Shown here: positions 1-9,943 of the stretch, one piece after another | How the letters are laid out: each line of letters opens with the position of its first letter | Numbering within the stretch: the stretch's first letter is position 1 | Assembly (NCBI GenBank): GCA_013205435.1 | Contig: JABMMX010000056.1 | Location: 1 to 40,552 of the forward strand | Length of the DNA: 40,552 nucleotides | Source of the DNA: Deltaproteobacteria bacterium | GTDB taxonomy: Bacteria > Myxococcota_A > Bradymonadia > REDH01 | Direction of reading: 5' to 3' | Made by a program: the position numbers and the translations under genes | Notes under the pieces: model-generated | Databases searched by the model: none | Seen by the model: only the letters and a program-made list of their open reading frames with translations | What the model was told of the DNA's origin: nothing

Positions 1-428
1 CGGCGCTGGCCGTGCTCGCCGACCATGGCATGCTGGCAGACAGCCTCATCACCGCCTTCGGCGAGGCCTCACTCACAGCCTGCCGCAGCGCCGGCTTCCG
101 AGGCGATCTGGGCCTTCTCATTGGCTCCGAAAGCCTCGCGCTCCGCCAGCGGGCCTTCGAGGCATGGCCCTTCGCCGCCATTGAACGCACGGGAGCCTCA
201 TCGCTCTCCATTCACCACCGTCTCGCCCATCCGCTCCTCCGCAGGGAGCTCCGCCGACGGGGCCTCGGGCTCTACCTCTGGATGAGCATGAAGGATGAGC
301 ACAGCCCCGAACCGCAGCGCGCGCTGCGATACAAGGCGGCGGCGCAGCTCGGCGCGAAGGGGCTCATCGTCGGTCGCATCCCCGAGGTGCGAAGCTGCCT
401 CGACGCCGCCGGCTTCAAGACTTCGTAA
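1..428 (+). CDS. Glycerophosphodiester phosphodiesterase (GDPD)-like protein, C-terminal fragment (5' truncated by window)
   Basis: Frame is open from the window edge. 'SLITAF...LGLL...SIHH...GLGLYLW...GAKGLI' matches the C-terminal TIM-barrel pattern of GDPD family proteins. The catalytic N-terminus is not visible. Confidence 0.6.
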   Translation, partial: ALAVLADHGMLADSLITAFGEASLTACRSAGFRGDLGLLIGSESLALRQRAFEAWPFAAIERTGASSLSIHHRLAHPLLRRELRRRGLGLYLWMSMKDEHSPEPQRALRYKAAAQLGAKGLIVGRIPEVRSCLDAAGFKTS

Positions 429-867
429 AGCGGTCCACGAGCTGTCCGACACCGGGCAGCGCCTCTTTCACATGCTTTTCGCCCATGGAGCGCAGGGCCT
501 CGTAGGTCTTGCGAAGCACAGCATTGTCCGTCTTCCGAGCGCGGGCATCGGTGATCGACAGCAGTGCATTGGCTGATCTGTCGCCCCGCGACGAGAGGAA
601 GCCGCCAAACCCTGAAGCCGTAGGGGCCGCCGCATACTCGGCATGCAGCGGCGCGATCGCGCCGGCGAACTCAGGCAGCAGACCGTCGACCACATCGTGA
701 ATCATGCGGCCGTTCTTGAGCCCGCGCACCGCCTTGAAGCCCTGCTTGATCGCAAAGCCGCTGATGCCGCCCTTCGACTCGACTTCCCGCTCTACCAGCG
801 CAACCGTGGCATCTACCACCTGCCGGCGAACCGCTGCATCTCCGATGACCTCTGTCAGTACCTTCAT
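415..867 (-). CDS. Conserved hypothetical helical protein (DUF6918-like)
   Basis: 'VDATVALVEREVESKGGISGFAIKQGFKAV...LLPEFAGAIAP...ANALLSITDARA...YEALR...HVKEALP' resembles the DUF6918 family. GGAAGGGAGAGAGG purine-rich SD upstream of ATG 867. Confidence 0.7.
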   Translation of the reverse strand: MKVLTEVIGDAAVRRQVVDATVALVEREVESKGGISGFAIKQGFKAVRGLKNGRMIHDVVDGLLPEFAGAIAPLHAEYAAAPTASGFGGFLSSRGDRSANALLSITDARARKTDNAVLRKTYEALRSMGEKHVKEALPGVGQLVDRFTKS

Positions 868-905
868 CGCCTCTCTCCCTTCCAGACGGGCCAGTGCCTC
901 GCCAG

Positions 906-1367
906 CTACTCCGGCTGCTGCACCAAGGCCACAACCACACGAAGCCGAGAACCTACACCATCAACATTCAAAAGCAGGTTCTCCGTCCGCTCAGGGCAAA
1001 CGCGTAGTGTTGCCACCCCCTTCTTGCCCTCATCGGCCATCCGCTCCACGAAGTCTTCATCGAGGAGCGCGAGACGAATCTCGCTGCGCCGGTCCTCTGC
1101 CACAGCCATCGCGCGATAGCAGCGCCCTTGCGCCAGAATCATCGGGAACTCCGCGATCTCCCGCGCCGAGAGTTCGACCTGAACCGGCCCCAGCAGGTCG
1201 TGATGATCTACATAGCTGCCCTTTCGCACCTCATCATAGGCAAGTTCGGGCAGCCGGTCTGGCGGCGCCCCCGTCTGGAACGAGTAGGTTTGCACCCTCC
1301 CGCAGCCAACCGCTAAGGCAGCCGCGAGTACCATCATCCCGACCTGAAGGAGGAGGCGATGCGGCAT
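906..1367 (-). CDS. Hypothetical lipoprotein (beta-sandwich/PPC-like, one Cys pair)
   Basis: Signal peptide and lipobox MPHRLLLQVGMMVLAAALAVG-C; mature part has GRCY...VCP. Start is uncertain (1367, 1337 or 1334). Confidence 0.65.
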   Translation of the reverse strand: MPHRLLLQVGMMVLAAALAVGCGRVQTYSFQTGAPPDRLPELAYDEVRKGSYVDHHDLLGPVQVELSAREIAEFPMILAQGRCYRAMAVAEDRRSEIRLALLDEDFVERMADEGKKGVATLRVCPERTENLLLNVDGVGSRLRVVVALVQQPE

Positions 1368-1859
1368 CCTGTTCCAAAGATTCATGTTCTCGTCCTTTGC
1401 AAGGGCAACATCTGCAGGTCACCGCTCCTCGAAGGTCTGCTACAGCACCGCGCAGGGATTTCAAACCTCACGGCAAATTACCACTTCGATAGCGCCGGAA
1501 CCTCTGCTTTTCACCGTGGCGAACCGCCCGACCCGAGGAGCATCGAGGTTGCAGCGCGCGCCAACATCTATATCAGTCACCAGCGCTCGCGACCACTGTC
1601 GATCGAAGACCTCCGCCGATTCGACTTCATCGTCGCCATGGATCGCGCCAACCGGCGCTTCGTCATCGAACTCGGCGCCTTCCCCGACGAACGCCTGCTG
1701 CTGGCGCGCCACTTCGACCCGGAGGCCAGCGAACACGATGTCCCAGACCCCTGGTACGGCGGGCCTGGCGGATTCGAAGAGGTCTTCGCCATGCTCGACC
1801 GCGCCACCGTGCCGCTTCTCGACCACTTCGCGACGCTCGGCGCTCGGTCCCGTCCGTAG
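1359..1859 (+). CDS. Low-molecular-weight protein-tyrosine phosphatase
   Basis: P-loop CKGNICRS, DSAGT, FDFIVAMD and general-acid DPWY motifs. Strong SD AGGAGGAGG directly upstream. Confidence 0.93.
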   Translation: MRHPVPKIHVLVLCKGNICRSPLLEGLLQHRAGISNLTANYHFDSAGTSAFHRGEPPDPRSIEVAARANIYISHQRSRPLSIEDLRRFDFIVAMDRANRRFVIELGAFPDERLLLARHFDPEASEHDVPDPWYGGPGGFEEVFAMLDRATVPLLDHFATLGARSRP

Positions 1860-1893
1860 CGCAAAAATCCCAGCGGAAACGAGCCCGCCCAGC

Positions 1894-4800
1894 CTACTGC
1901 AACAGCATGTTGTAGAGCAGCTCGAGGCCGCCATTGCCTAGGTTGCCGCCACGCAGCGTCAGCCGTAGCGAGTCGGCCCCGAGGCGGACGACGATCCAGT
2001 CCAGTGCAACCTCAAAGTCGTTCTCATCCTCCGCAGCCTGCGGAATGTAGATGCCCGAGACGAAGAGATTCTCGGCGATATACTTGCCGCCTTCCACCCG
2101 TGAGACCGCACGGCCCGTCTGCGCGTCGCTCTCGATCGTCAGGGAGTCCACACCCACGCCCGGCAGCCGGTCGCTCAGCAACCCGATGAAGAGGCTGCCG
2201 GCGGTTGCGAGCGCCTGTTGCTGCGCCGCTACTGCGTCGCCGCTGGCGCTCTCCTCTCGCGCGATCGGGCGGCCCGTCAGAAGCACAAAAAGCACATCCT
2301 CCTGCGGCATCGCCGGGTCGGAGGCAAACCGCACCACGGGTGCGGAGGCCGTCCCCGTCACCGCCAACGTCACGCTCGGGCTCCCCGTCGTCGCCGGCGG
2401 CAGATTCACGGCCACCTGCGCGCTCAGTGTATGCGCCGCCTGAATGTCGAGCACGGCATCCATGGGGTTCTCGCCGACGCCGTCAAAGCTGATGAGCCCG
2501 CGCCGGATCGCAAACGACTTGCCCGCGAACCGGATGGTTCCCTCGGGCAGCGTCACGGTCCCCACGGGCACGATGCTGTCGCCCGCAACCGTGACATCAA
2601 GCCCGATCTTGTACTCGAGATCTGCATAGGTGTGCTCAACCCGGTTGCTTCCCGTCGTCTCCACATGCAGGCGGATGGGCACCGAAGCAACGCCCCGTGA
2701 GGCGCCCGATGCATCAGCCAGGAGCGCCGGTTTGCGCTTGCCGATCTGATCCGTTGCTACATCCTCCCCCACAAAGAAGACGCCTGCGCCAGCCGTCGTT
2801 GGGCCATACTCGGCCGCGTTCGCATACTCGGGAACCGCAATCTTGCTGTCGCGGATAACCGTGCTCGCGGTCCAGCCGGCAGCAGCGCGGTTGGCCGCCG
2901 ATTCGACCTTCGCTGTCACGAAGATCGCTGTTCCCTTCGGCGCCGTGACCAAGAAGTTCTTGAGCGCCACAGAGAGCTTCGCCGAGGCCGGCTCCAGCCC
3001 GGCCAGCACCACGTGACCCGACGCTCGAAGCGACGACCCCGACTCCTGCACCGAGAGCTGCCGCAGCTCCACCCTACCCGGCTCGAAGACCACCTCCGCC
3101 GTTGCATTCTCTACCCGCCGATGCAGCGCCGCCAGCGTCACTCCAAGTGCTGTCACGCTTGCGGCACCCTCCACCACCGGCGCCGCCATCGAACCACTCA
3201 CCTTCAGATCGGCCGTGAGCAGCCCAACCAGGTCGCTCGCCTGGCTGCCGAGCAGCGCGTTGCTTGCGACCGAGGCCAGCGGAACCTCCACACCGTGCAG
3301 CGAAGCCTCCATCGGCCAGCGCAGCGGCTCAGGGCGCTCGCCCTTCGACAGAAAGTCCATCCAGGCACCGTTCGGCACATTCCACGCAACCTCGTAGGAG
3401 AGCGGCGAGCTCACGGCCAACTCCGCCTCCCTCTGCTCACCGCAGATCGTGCCCGAGACGGCCACCCTCGCGGAGGTCGCCGAGAACTCGACCCCCACGT
3501 CGGCGCGCCTGGAGTTCTCCGAGGAGAGGCCCCGCAGGACTGCTCGTCCGCGCAGGCGTGGGGCGACGAGATTACCCGTGACATCAAGGTAGCCCGAGGC
3601 CGTCCCGCTCACCTTTCGCAGCGCAGGAACCACGAGCCCGAGACGCGTGAGAGAGACCGGTTCGAACTGCGCCCGAAGCTCCAGTGGGCGTGTGGCGCGC
3701 ACCGCCGTGTCAAGCAGCTCCGCCAGCGGCGCGGCAATCGAGCCCGCAACCTCCGCCAGCGGTTCGCCGCCGTAGGCCACGCTCGCTGCCACCTCCGTCG
3801 TCCTGTCGGCTTGAAGCGAGAGCGAGCCGTCAACGGCTTCCAAGCCCTGCACCGTGAGCCCTGCCACCTCGCCGTACGCCTCGAGCATGGGACGTCCGGT
3901 ACGGTTATCCCAGCGCAAAGACCCTCCGACGGTGCCAGAGATGAGGCCGAGCAGGGTGCGGAGCGAGGCGGGAAGCAGCGCAACGTCGAGGGGCTCCAGC
4001 TTCAGGCTGAAGTCTCCCTTCGCGGCCGACAGCATCGCCGGCGCCTTCACCGGGTCGCGCAGCGCCGCGCGTAAGTCGATGGCCAGCGCCGTCGACAGCG
4101 TCGCCGTGCGGCGGCCCTGCCAATCTACCTCTGCGCGCGCCTGAACGCTCGGGCCGCCTGCCCCCGCGGCCACATAGGCGATACCGGCCGTCGTCGTGAT
4201 CCCGTCGAACCGCACAGTAACACCGTGCTGCGACACGGTGCCGCCAAGGCCCTCGCCCGTGAGTGCGCCGGTCACATCGAGCGCGTCGAGCCGACCCCGA
4301 ACCGTGCCCTCGCCACGCAGACTCCCCGCCACCTCCGTCACGGGCAGGCCCGCTGCTGCCGCAAAGGGAGCGAGCGCGAGCGGCTCTAGCTTCCAGTGCG
4401 CCTCCATCGGCCGACGCGCCGACCAGACCAGCTGCCCCGTCCCGCTATCCACCGTCACAGGCAGTTCACAGCTCGCCGACAGCCGCGACGCATCGCCGTC
4501 CGACAGCCCGAATTCGGCGCGCATCCGACCCGGGGCATAGTTCGCCGTAAGCTTCGCTCCGTAGGGCCCGAGTCCGCGCGCCGAGATCTCGCTCAGACCG
4601 ACGGTCAGCTGACCGGTCGGCGCGCTGAGGCTGCCGCTCAATCCCGCGTCGAGATCCAGGAACCCCGCGAAGTCTCCCACGCTCTGCTCACCCGCCAAGG
4701 CCAGTGCAAGCGCCCGCAGGTCGACCCGCTTCGCCGTAAGCTGTCCCGCAAGCGCGCCCGACTCCTCCCACGAGCCGCTCGCCTCCACCAGGCCCGGACC

Positions 4801-6747
4801 AACCGCGAGTTGCAGCGGCGCGAGCGAAAACCCCACGGGCCGCAGCCCATCCGCCAGCGTCACGCCTGCACGCCCTTCGCCCACCAGGTTGACCGCCAGC
4901 TGCCCGCGCGCAGCAGAGAAGCTCCGCAGCCGAACCGCGACCTCCTCCTCCGCCAGCGATGCCCCTGCCGCCAGTTCGAGCGAAAGGCCGCCGGCCGCGC
5001 CACCCGAAACCGACAGGTCGAGTTCACGCCCAACCAGCCGCGCTTTGAGCTTCGTGCGACCCTCGCGCAGCCCTCCCACCTGCACCTGCTCAAGCTGCAG
5101 CGATGCATCCAGCGGGACCTGCGCGCCTGCCTCCTTGTTTACCAGCAGCGCCAACCGTCCCACCTGCTTCTCGCCGGCTGCGAGCCGATCGCCACGCAGC
5201 GCCAGCGCCACCTTGAGCTCCGGCCCGAGCTGCGCCCAGAGCTGCTGCGGGCTTCTCTTGGCGAGCGCCGAGAGTTCGTTCAGCGGCAACAATGCCTCGG
5301 CATCCAGCCGCAGCTCCGCTCCGCCCGACAGCCGCCCCACCGAGCGAGGAACCCAGGGCTCAGCCGAAGCAACATCGGGCACCGAGGCGCGCAGATGAAC
5401 CGTAACCCGACCCTCACGATCAAGACTGCCTGAGCCATCAAGCTCTCCGCCCAGCGCCGCGGCGCTCAGGTCGGTCACAACTGCGCGTCCATCCTGCACG
5501 GTGATGTTCCCGTAGGCTCGCTCCAACGGCAGCCCCGCAAGCAGGCTCGGGCCCACATCCAATTCCACCCGCGCCTTCATGCTCGACGCTGCAAAACCTG
5601 CCCCTTCGACCAAGAGTCGCGCGGTTAGATTCGACCCCGGCCCCGGCAGCTCAATCCATTCTTGCGGACGCAGATGCTGCGCCACCAACGAGCCGCCGTA
5701 GCGCGGCAGCGCGGCATCGCGCAGGTCGACCCAGCCGTCAAAGACCACCGGCTCCCCCACAGAGGCAGCCTCTAGATGAATGCCCACCCGCGACGCCGGT
5801 CCGCCGACCCGCGCCGACAGCTGCAGCGGTCCTCGGAGCTTCAGCCCCGGCACCAGTTCTGCCGCCAACTCAGGCGAGATGTTCCCCTTCGGTAACGAGA
5901 TCTCCACCCTCCCGAATGGCTCGCCCGCCTCGGTCGCCGGCGTCACCTGCACTCGAAAACCGAACAGCTCCGTGTCGCTCACGGCCAGCCTGCTCACCAC
6001 CGCGCGGAGCCCCGACACATCGTTGAGCAGGCTCATCTGGCGGAGCTCCAACGGCAACTCTGCCTTTACCCCGCCCACACGCCAGCGCAGGCCGAGCCGC
6101 TCCAGTTCAAACGCTGCGGCGCGGTCGCGCGACACTGTGGCCGCGCCCGAAAGCGTGAGCTGCCGAAGCGCCACCACCCGGGCGAGCCCGTTCCGACCGT
6201 CGCGAATCGACAGGCTGCTCCCATCCACCTTCAGCGCCTCTACCGAGACCGAAACCGGCAGCCGCTCGGTGCTCGGCGCGGATGGCGTGAACAGCCGGCC
6301 GATGTTGAGACCCCCGTCGGCCTCGATCACACCGTCCGCCTCGAACCCTTCGACCGCAAGCTCCGTCACCACCAGCCGCCGGCTGAGCAGCGGCAAGATG
6401 CGGTAGTTAACCCGTACCTTTGCGACCTTCACAACCGCCACGCCGCTGCCGTCCTCCAGCGCGATCCCCGACAGCTCAAGCGGGCCCCAGAGCGAGCCCG
6501 ATAGCCCGCCCAGACGCATCCGTCCGCCGGCCATCGACCCCGTCACCGCCGAAGCCACCTCGTCGCTCACACGGCCCAGCAGCCAGGCACTCTGCGACGC
6601 CCAGGCAACCACCCCCGCGAGCAGCAGCGCCACCGCAGAAAGGAGCAGCAGGGCGCGACGGCGACGGACCACCTTGCGCGGCGAAACGGGCTCTGGCGGA
6701 GCCTCCAGCTCGGGCTCCGCCTGCGGCTCTGTGAGCAGGTCGCTCAA
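1894..6747 (-). CDS. tamB: Translocation/assembly module TamB (AsmA-like) protein
   Basis: About 1617 aa with an N-terminal TM anchor after a basic patch (RRRRALLLL...), long Gly/Leu beta-rich repeats and a TamB-type C-terminus (VTGTASAPVVRFASDPAMPQEDVLFVLLTG...GKYIAENLFV). Probable TTG start at 6747 overlaps the upstream TGA (TTGA). Confidence 0.85.
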   Translation of the reverse strand: MSDLLTEPQAEPELEAPPEPVSPRKVVRRRRALLLLSAVALLLAGVVAWASQSAWLLGRVSDEVASAVTGSMAGGRMRLGGLSGSLWGPLELSGIALEDGSGVAVVKVAKVRVNYRILPLLSRRLVVTELAVEGFEADGVIEADGGLNIGRLFTPSAPSTERLPVSVSVEALKVDGSSLSIRDGRNGLARVVALRQLTLSGAATVSRDRAAAFELERLGLRWRVGGVKAELPLELRQMSLLNDVSGLRAVVSRLAVSDTELFGFRVQVTPATEAGEPFGRVEISLPKGNISPELAAELVPGLKLRGPLQLSARVGGPASRVGIHLEAASVGEPVVFDGWVDLRDAALPRYGGSLVAQHLRPQEWIELPGPGSNLTARLLVEGAGFAASSMKARVELDVGPSLLAGLPLERAYGNITVQDGRAVVTDLSAAALGGELDGSGSLDREGRVTVHLRASVPDVASAEPWVPRSVGRLSGGAELRLDAEALLPLNELSALAKRSPQQLWAQLGPELKVALALRGDRLAAGEKQVGRLALLVNKEAGAQVPLDASLQLEQVQVGGLREGRTKLKARLVGRELDLSVSGGAAGGLSLELAAGASLAEEEVAVRLRSFSAARGQLAVNLVGEGRAGVTLADGLRPVGFSLAPLQLAVGPGLVEASGSWEESGALAGQLTAKRVDLRALALALAGEQSVGDFAGFLDLDAGLSGSLSAPTGQLTVGLSEISARGLGPYGAKLTANYAPGRMRAEFGLSDGDASRLSASCELPVTVDSGTGQLVWSARRPMEAHWKLEPLALAPFAAAAGLPVTEVAGSLRGEGTVRGRLDALDVTGALTGEGLGGTVSQHGVTVRFDGITTTAGIAYVAAGAGGPSVQARAEVDWQGRRTATLSTALAIDLRAALRDPVKAPAMLSAAKGDFSLKLEPLDVALLPASLRTLLGLISGTVGGSLRWDNRTGRPMLEAYGEVAGLTVQGLEAVDGSLSLQADRTTEVAASVAYGGEPLAEVAGSIAAPLAELLDTAVRATRPLELRAQFEPVSLTRLGLVVPALRKVSGTASGYLDVTGNLVAPRLRGRAVLRGLSSENSRRADVGVEFSATSARVAVSGTICGEQREAELAVSSPLSYEVAWNVPNGAWMDFLSKGERPEPLRWPMEASLHGVEVPLASVASNALLGSQASDLVGLLTADLKVSGSMAAPVVEGAASVTALGVTLAALHRRVENATAEVVFEPGRVELRQLSVQESGSSLRASGHVVLAGLEPASAKLSVALKNFLVTAPKGTAIFVTAKVESAANRAAAGWTASTVIRDSKIAVPEYANAAEYGPTTAGAGVFFVGEDVATDQIGKRKPALLADASGASRGVASVPIRLHVETTGSNRVEHTYADLEYKIGLDVTVAGDSIVPVGTVTLPEGTIRFAGKSFAIRRGLISFDGVGENPMDAVLDIQAAHTLSAQVAVNLPPATTGSPSVTLAVTGTASAPVVRFASDPAMPQEDVLFVLLTGRPIAREESASGDAVAAQQQALATAGSLFIGLLSDRLPGVGVDSLTIESDAQTGRAVSRVEGGKYIAENLFVSGIYIPQAAEDENDFEVALDWIVVRLGADSLRLTLRGGNLGNGGLELLYNMLLQ

Positions 6748-8924
6748 AACGCCTCTCCGAAGGCCATGAAGATGCTCACCCGATCGAGCGGCGCATAGCT
6801 TGCAGGGTCGGTGAGCCGGTAACCGAGATCGAAGCGGAGCGGTCCGATCGGTGTAGCAAGCCGCAGGCCGCTGCCGATGGCCCACTGCGTCCCTTCGTCG
6901 TCAGGCGCGAGCGCAAAGTCGGAGCTCCCGCGCCCCACGCCGCCGCCATCCACGAACAGCGTGCCGTAGAGCCACCGCTTCCCAATCTCGCCGCGGAGCT
7001 CCACATTGCCCAGCCACGATGCGTACCCGCCGACGGGCACCGCCGAACAACGCTCCGAGACCGTCGGGCGCATCAGGCAGCTCGGATCGTAGCTGACCGC
7101 TGCCCCCGTCACCGCAGTCACGCTCGATGGCTCCGCATAATCGTTCGGCCCGAGCCGCCCCTGCGGAAAGCCGCGCACGCTGTCGCCGCCGCCAAGATAG
7201 TAGCGCTCGGTGCGAGGTACGTCGGCGCCGCCAAGCTCCACGAGCAGCCCTGCCTTGGCCCGCGCGGCCAGTACGAGGCGCCGGTGCAGCGGCCTGAAGT
7301 AGCGGAACTCAGGCGTCATCCGGAGGTAACTCGTGTCGCCCACCAGCACGCTCTCCGACACCTTCCCCTCCACCTGCGCCAGGTAGCCGGAACGGGTCGC
7401 GAGCGGGTCGTCGCGCCGGTCGCGGCGGAGCGCCCACGTAACGGCGCCGAGGCTGAACTGGGCCGGCAGCTCGAGGCTCGACGAACCCGAGGCGCCATCG
7501 AGTTTGTCGTCTGGAATGAAGAACACATCCACCGCGTAGCCGAGGTCGGCCCGCAGCCAGCGGCCGAACTGGCGCGAGACCGAAACCTCCGCGCCAGGAT
7601 TCCGATAGGCATACCCGGGCTCGATGCCGGCATCGAACCGCACCGATGTCGACAGGTCGTAGGGGCTGCCGGCTAGCTGCGGCGTTACAAGCGCGGTCTT
7701 CACCGAGCCGATAAGGTCGTTCTGCGCTTCGACGGCATCAAGCTTCTCGGTCGAAAAGCCCAGCAGCGAGAAGCCGTTGGCCAGCCACGCATAGCCTAGC
7801 CGGCCCTCCACATCGACCCGATTGAGGGGCGCGAGCACGCCCCGCCAAAGGGCCGCACCCTTGGTGTAGGTCTCGGTCCGGCCCGTCTCGATGCCAGCGC
7901 CAATACCAAACTTCAACGTCGCAGCGGCCGACTCCGTGACCCTGATTCGGACCGCCACATTCGGGTCCATCGCACGCAGCTTCACGCCCTCGCCGGCTGC
8001 CACCTCGACGGCCTCGCCGATGGGTCTCGACGCAACGCGAACCTCCGCCCATGCCTGACCAGGATGCCGCAGCGAGACCTCGGCCCAGACGCTCTCGTCG
8101 AGCGCCGAGATGTCTGTCTCCGGCAGCACCGCCTCTACCTCCACAAGGCCAAAGACCGAGAGCCGGTAGAGGTCGAACTGGGCATCACGGAGCAGCGACT
8201 GCCGGAAGACCTCGCCACGCCGAATCTGGATGGACCGCGCGATGAGCGCGTCCGGAATTCGGCTGTTGCCCTCCACCTCCAGCCGCCCGAAAACACAGGC
8301 AGGACCGCGGTCCCAGAAGAAGTAGACCTGCACCTCATGGCTCTCGCGATGCACGAACGAGCGCGACTCCACCCGCGCATAGGCATACCCGTTCTCCTGC
8401 AGCCGTGTGCGGATGATCTGCGCCGTCCGCGCGAGATCCTGCTCGCTGAAACGACGGCCCCGCTCCACCGGCAGCCCCGCCAGCAGCACCCGCAGGTCAA
8501 CCTGCCCCACCGACCGCCGGTCGAACTGCACCTCCGAGATCAGGCTCGGCGCCCCCTCCTCCACCGTAAACCGGACATCGACCGACGGCTCATCTTTGCG
8601 CTCCGTCACCTCGAAGTCCGACACCTTCGCATCGAAGTAGCCGCGCGCGTGCAGGAAGGCCTCTACCCGCTGCACATCGGTCGCCACATCGTAGGGGCTG
8701 TAACGGCTCGGCGGCGTGAAGGGATTGTAGGCATCCTCCTGCGTCGCGAGAGCCTCCAGGATCTCCTCTTCGTCGAAGCTCTGCAGCCCCTCAAACCGGA
8801 CAGAGGCCACGCCGAGCTCGGTGCGACCCGGCATCGCGGGCGCCACGGGCCGGCAGCCCGTGAGCAGCACAAGCAACGCAACGGCCACCGATGCCCAACC
8901 CCACATGCGGTAGGCCTTCGTCAA
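6744..8924 (-). CDS. Omp85-family (TamA/BamA-like) outer membrane protein with POTRA domains and lipoprotein signal
   Basis: Three POTRA-like units (RGYFDAKV, NGYAYARV, GNSRIPD), conserved YLGGGDSVRGF loop motif, GLRLATPIGPLRFDLG and terminal GEAF. Lipobox LLTG-C. Start is TTG 8924 (overlapping upstream TGA) or ATG 8906. Confidence 0.9.
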   Translation of the reverse strand: MTKAYRMWGWASVAVALLVLLTGCRPVAPAMPGRTELGVASVRFEGLQSFDEEEILEALATQEDAYNPFTPPSRYSPYDVATDVQRVEAFLHARGYFDAKVSDFEVTERKDEPSVDVRFTVEEGAPSLISEVQFDRRSVGQVDLRVLLAGLPVERGRRFSEQDLARTAQIIRTRLQENGYAYARVESRSFVHRESHEVQVYFFWDRGPACVFGRLEVEGNSRIPDALIARSIQIRRGEVFRQSLLRDAQFDLYRLSVFGLVEVEAVLPETDISALDESVWAEVSLRHPGQAWAEVRVASRPIGEAVEVAAGEGVKLRAMDPNVAVRIRVTESAAATLKFGIGAGIETGRTETYTKGAALWRGVLAPLNRVDVEGRLGYAWLANGFSLLGFSTEKLDAVEAQNDLIGSVKTALVTPQLAGSPYDLSTSVRFDAGIEPGYAYRNPGAEVSVSRQFGRWLRADLGYAVDVFFIPDDKLDGASGSSSLELPAQFSLGAVTWALRRDRRDDPLATRSGYLAQVEGKVSESVLVGDTSYLRMTPEFRYFRPLHRRLVLAARAKAGLLVELGGADVPRTERYYLGGGDSVRGFPQGRLGPNDYAEPSSVTAVTGAAVSYDPSCLMRPTVSERCSAVPVGGYASWLGNVELRGEIGKRWLYGTLFVDGGGVGRGSSDFALAPDDEGTQWAIGSGLRLATPIGPLRFDLGYRLTDPASYAPLDRVSIFMAFGEAF

Positions 8925-9943
8925 AGGCGCTCCACCAGCGGCAGGTAGTCGGCATAGCTCGGAAGCGGCCCCGTGCGGCACCAGAGCAGATCTTCGCGCT
9001 GCTCCACAACACCGGCAAGCGCCATCTCGTCGAGCTGCGACATCGTGTTCGCGAGCCGGATGAATGCCACCTGAAACTGCGCAGGACCGAGCGTCTCAAA
9101 ACTGCCCAGAACCGCGCCCAGCGGCTCGAGCGGCTCGGCAGAGGCAAGGAAGCCGGCGGTCAGCACATACCCCGCCTCCAGGTAGCCGAGCGACCGCCCC
9201 AGCGCTCTGTCCAACCCCCCGCTCGGGCGGCCGTGGCCCGGCAGGATGAGCGAAGGTTCAGGCGCGCTCCGCCACCGCTGCAGCGTCGCCCGATAGCTTG
9301 TCATGTTATCGCCGATCCGTTCGAGCAGCGGCGTGGGAAGACCCAGCACGATGTCGCCCGTCACGAGCCGGTCGCAGGCCTCGTCGTGCCATACACAGTG
9401 AAAGGGATCGTGGCCGCGCGCATCCTCGCATCGAAAGCGGCGGCCTCCCACGGTAATCGCCTCGCCAAAGGCCACGCCCACCGCGCCATGCAGCAGCCCG
9501 TCGCCACCCTGCCGGAAGGCCTTGCCAGAGCGGCCGCTCGCCAGCTGCCGAAGCCGCTCCATCCACTCCGACGGGGCCATCCGGCGACCCAGCCAGACCC
9601 GCCAACTCTCGCAGCGGTCGTAGTAGTCATAGTAGTTCTCAAAAGCTGGCCGCGTCCCCTCCCACACATACTGCGGGCAGCGCCAAGCATCGCCCAGCGC
9701 GACCCCACCACCCATGTGGTCCTCGTGGGTGTGGGTGTAGAAGACCGCCGCGACATCTGCCGGCACCAACCCAAGCTCCGCGAGGCAGGCGCAGAGCTGG
9801 TCGGTCGAATAGGTGAAACCGCTGTCGAAGAGCACCCAGCCCGCACCCGTCTCCATGGCATAGACATTGACCGGCGCCAGCGTGGGCGAGGTCAGCCGGA
9901 ACCGAACAAGACCCGGCTCCAGCTGCTGGACTGCGCTGCTCAT
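8921..9943 (-). CDS. MBL-fold metallo-hydrolase
   Basis: THTHEDH metal motif, VNVY/LFDSG, GH, TGD and PGHG motifs. ATGA overlap with the upstream gene. Confidence 0.9.
   Translation of the reverse strand: MSSAVQQLEPGLVRFRLTSPTLAPVNVYAMETGAGWVLFDSGFTYSTDQLCACLAELGLVPADVAAVFYTHTHEDHMGGGVALGDAWRCPQYVWEGTRPAFENYYDYYDRCESWRVWLGRRMAPSEWMERLRQLASGRSGKAFRQGGDGLLHGAVGVAFGEAITVGGRRFRCEDARGHDPFHCVWHDEACDRLVTGDIVLGLPTPLLERIGDNMTSYRATLQRWRSAPEPSLILPGHGRPSGGLDRALGRSLGYLEAGYVLTAGFLASAEPLEPLGAVLGSFETLGPAQFQVAFIRLANTMSQLDEMALAGVVEQREDLLWCRTGPLPSYADYLPLVERL

Noticed and set aside
8921-9943. MBL-fold protein as a beta-lactam resistance gene
   Set aside because: No signal peptide, and the 340-aa length and motifs fit cytoplasmic MBL-fold hydrolases rather than class B beta-lactamases.
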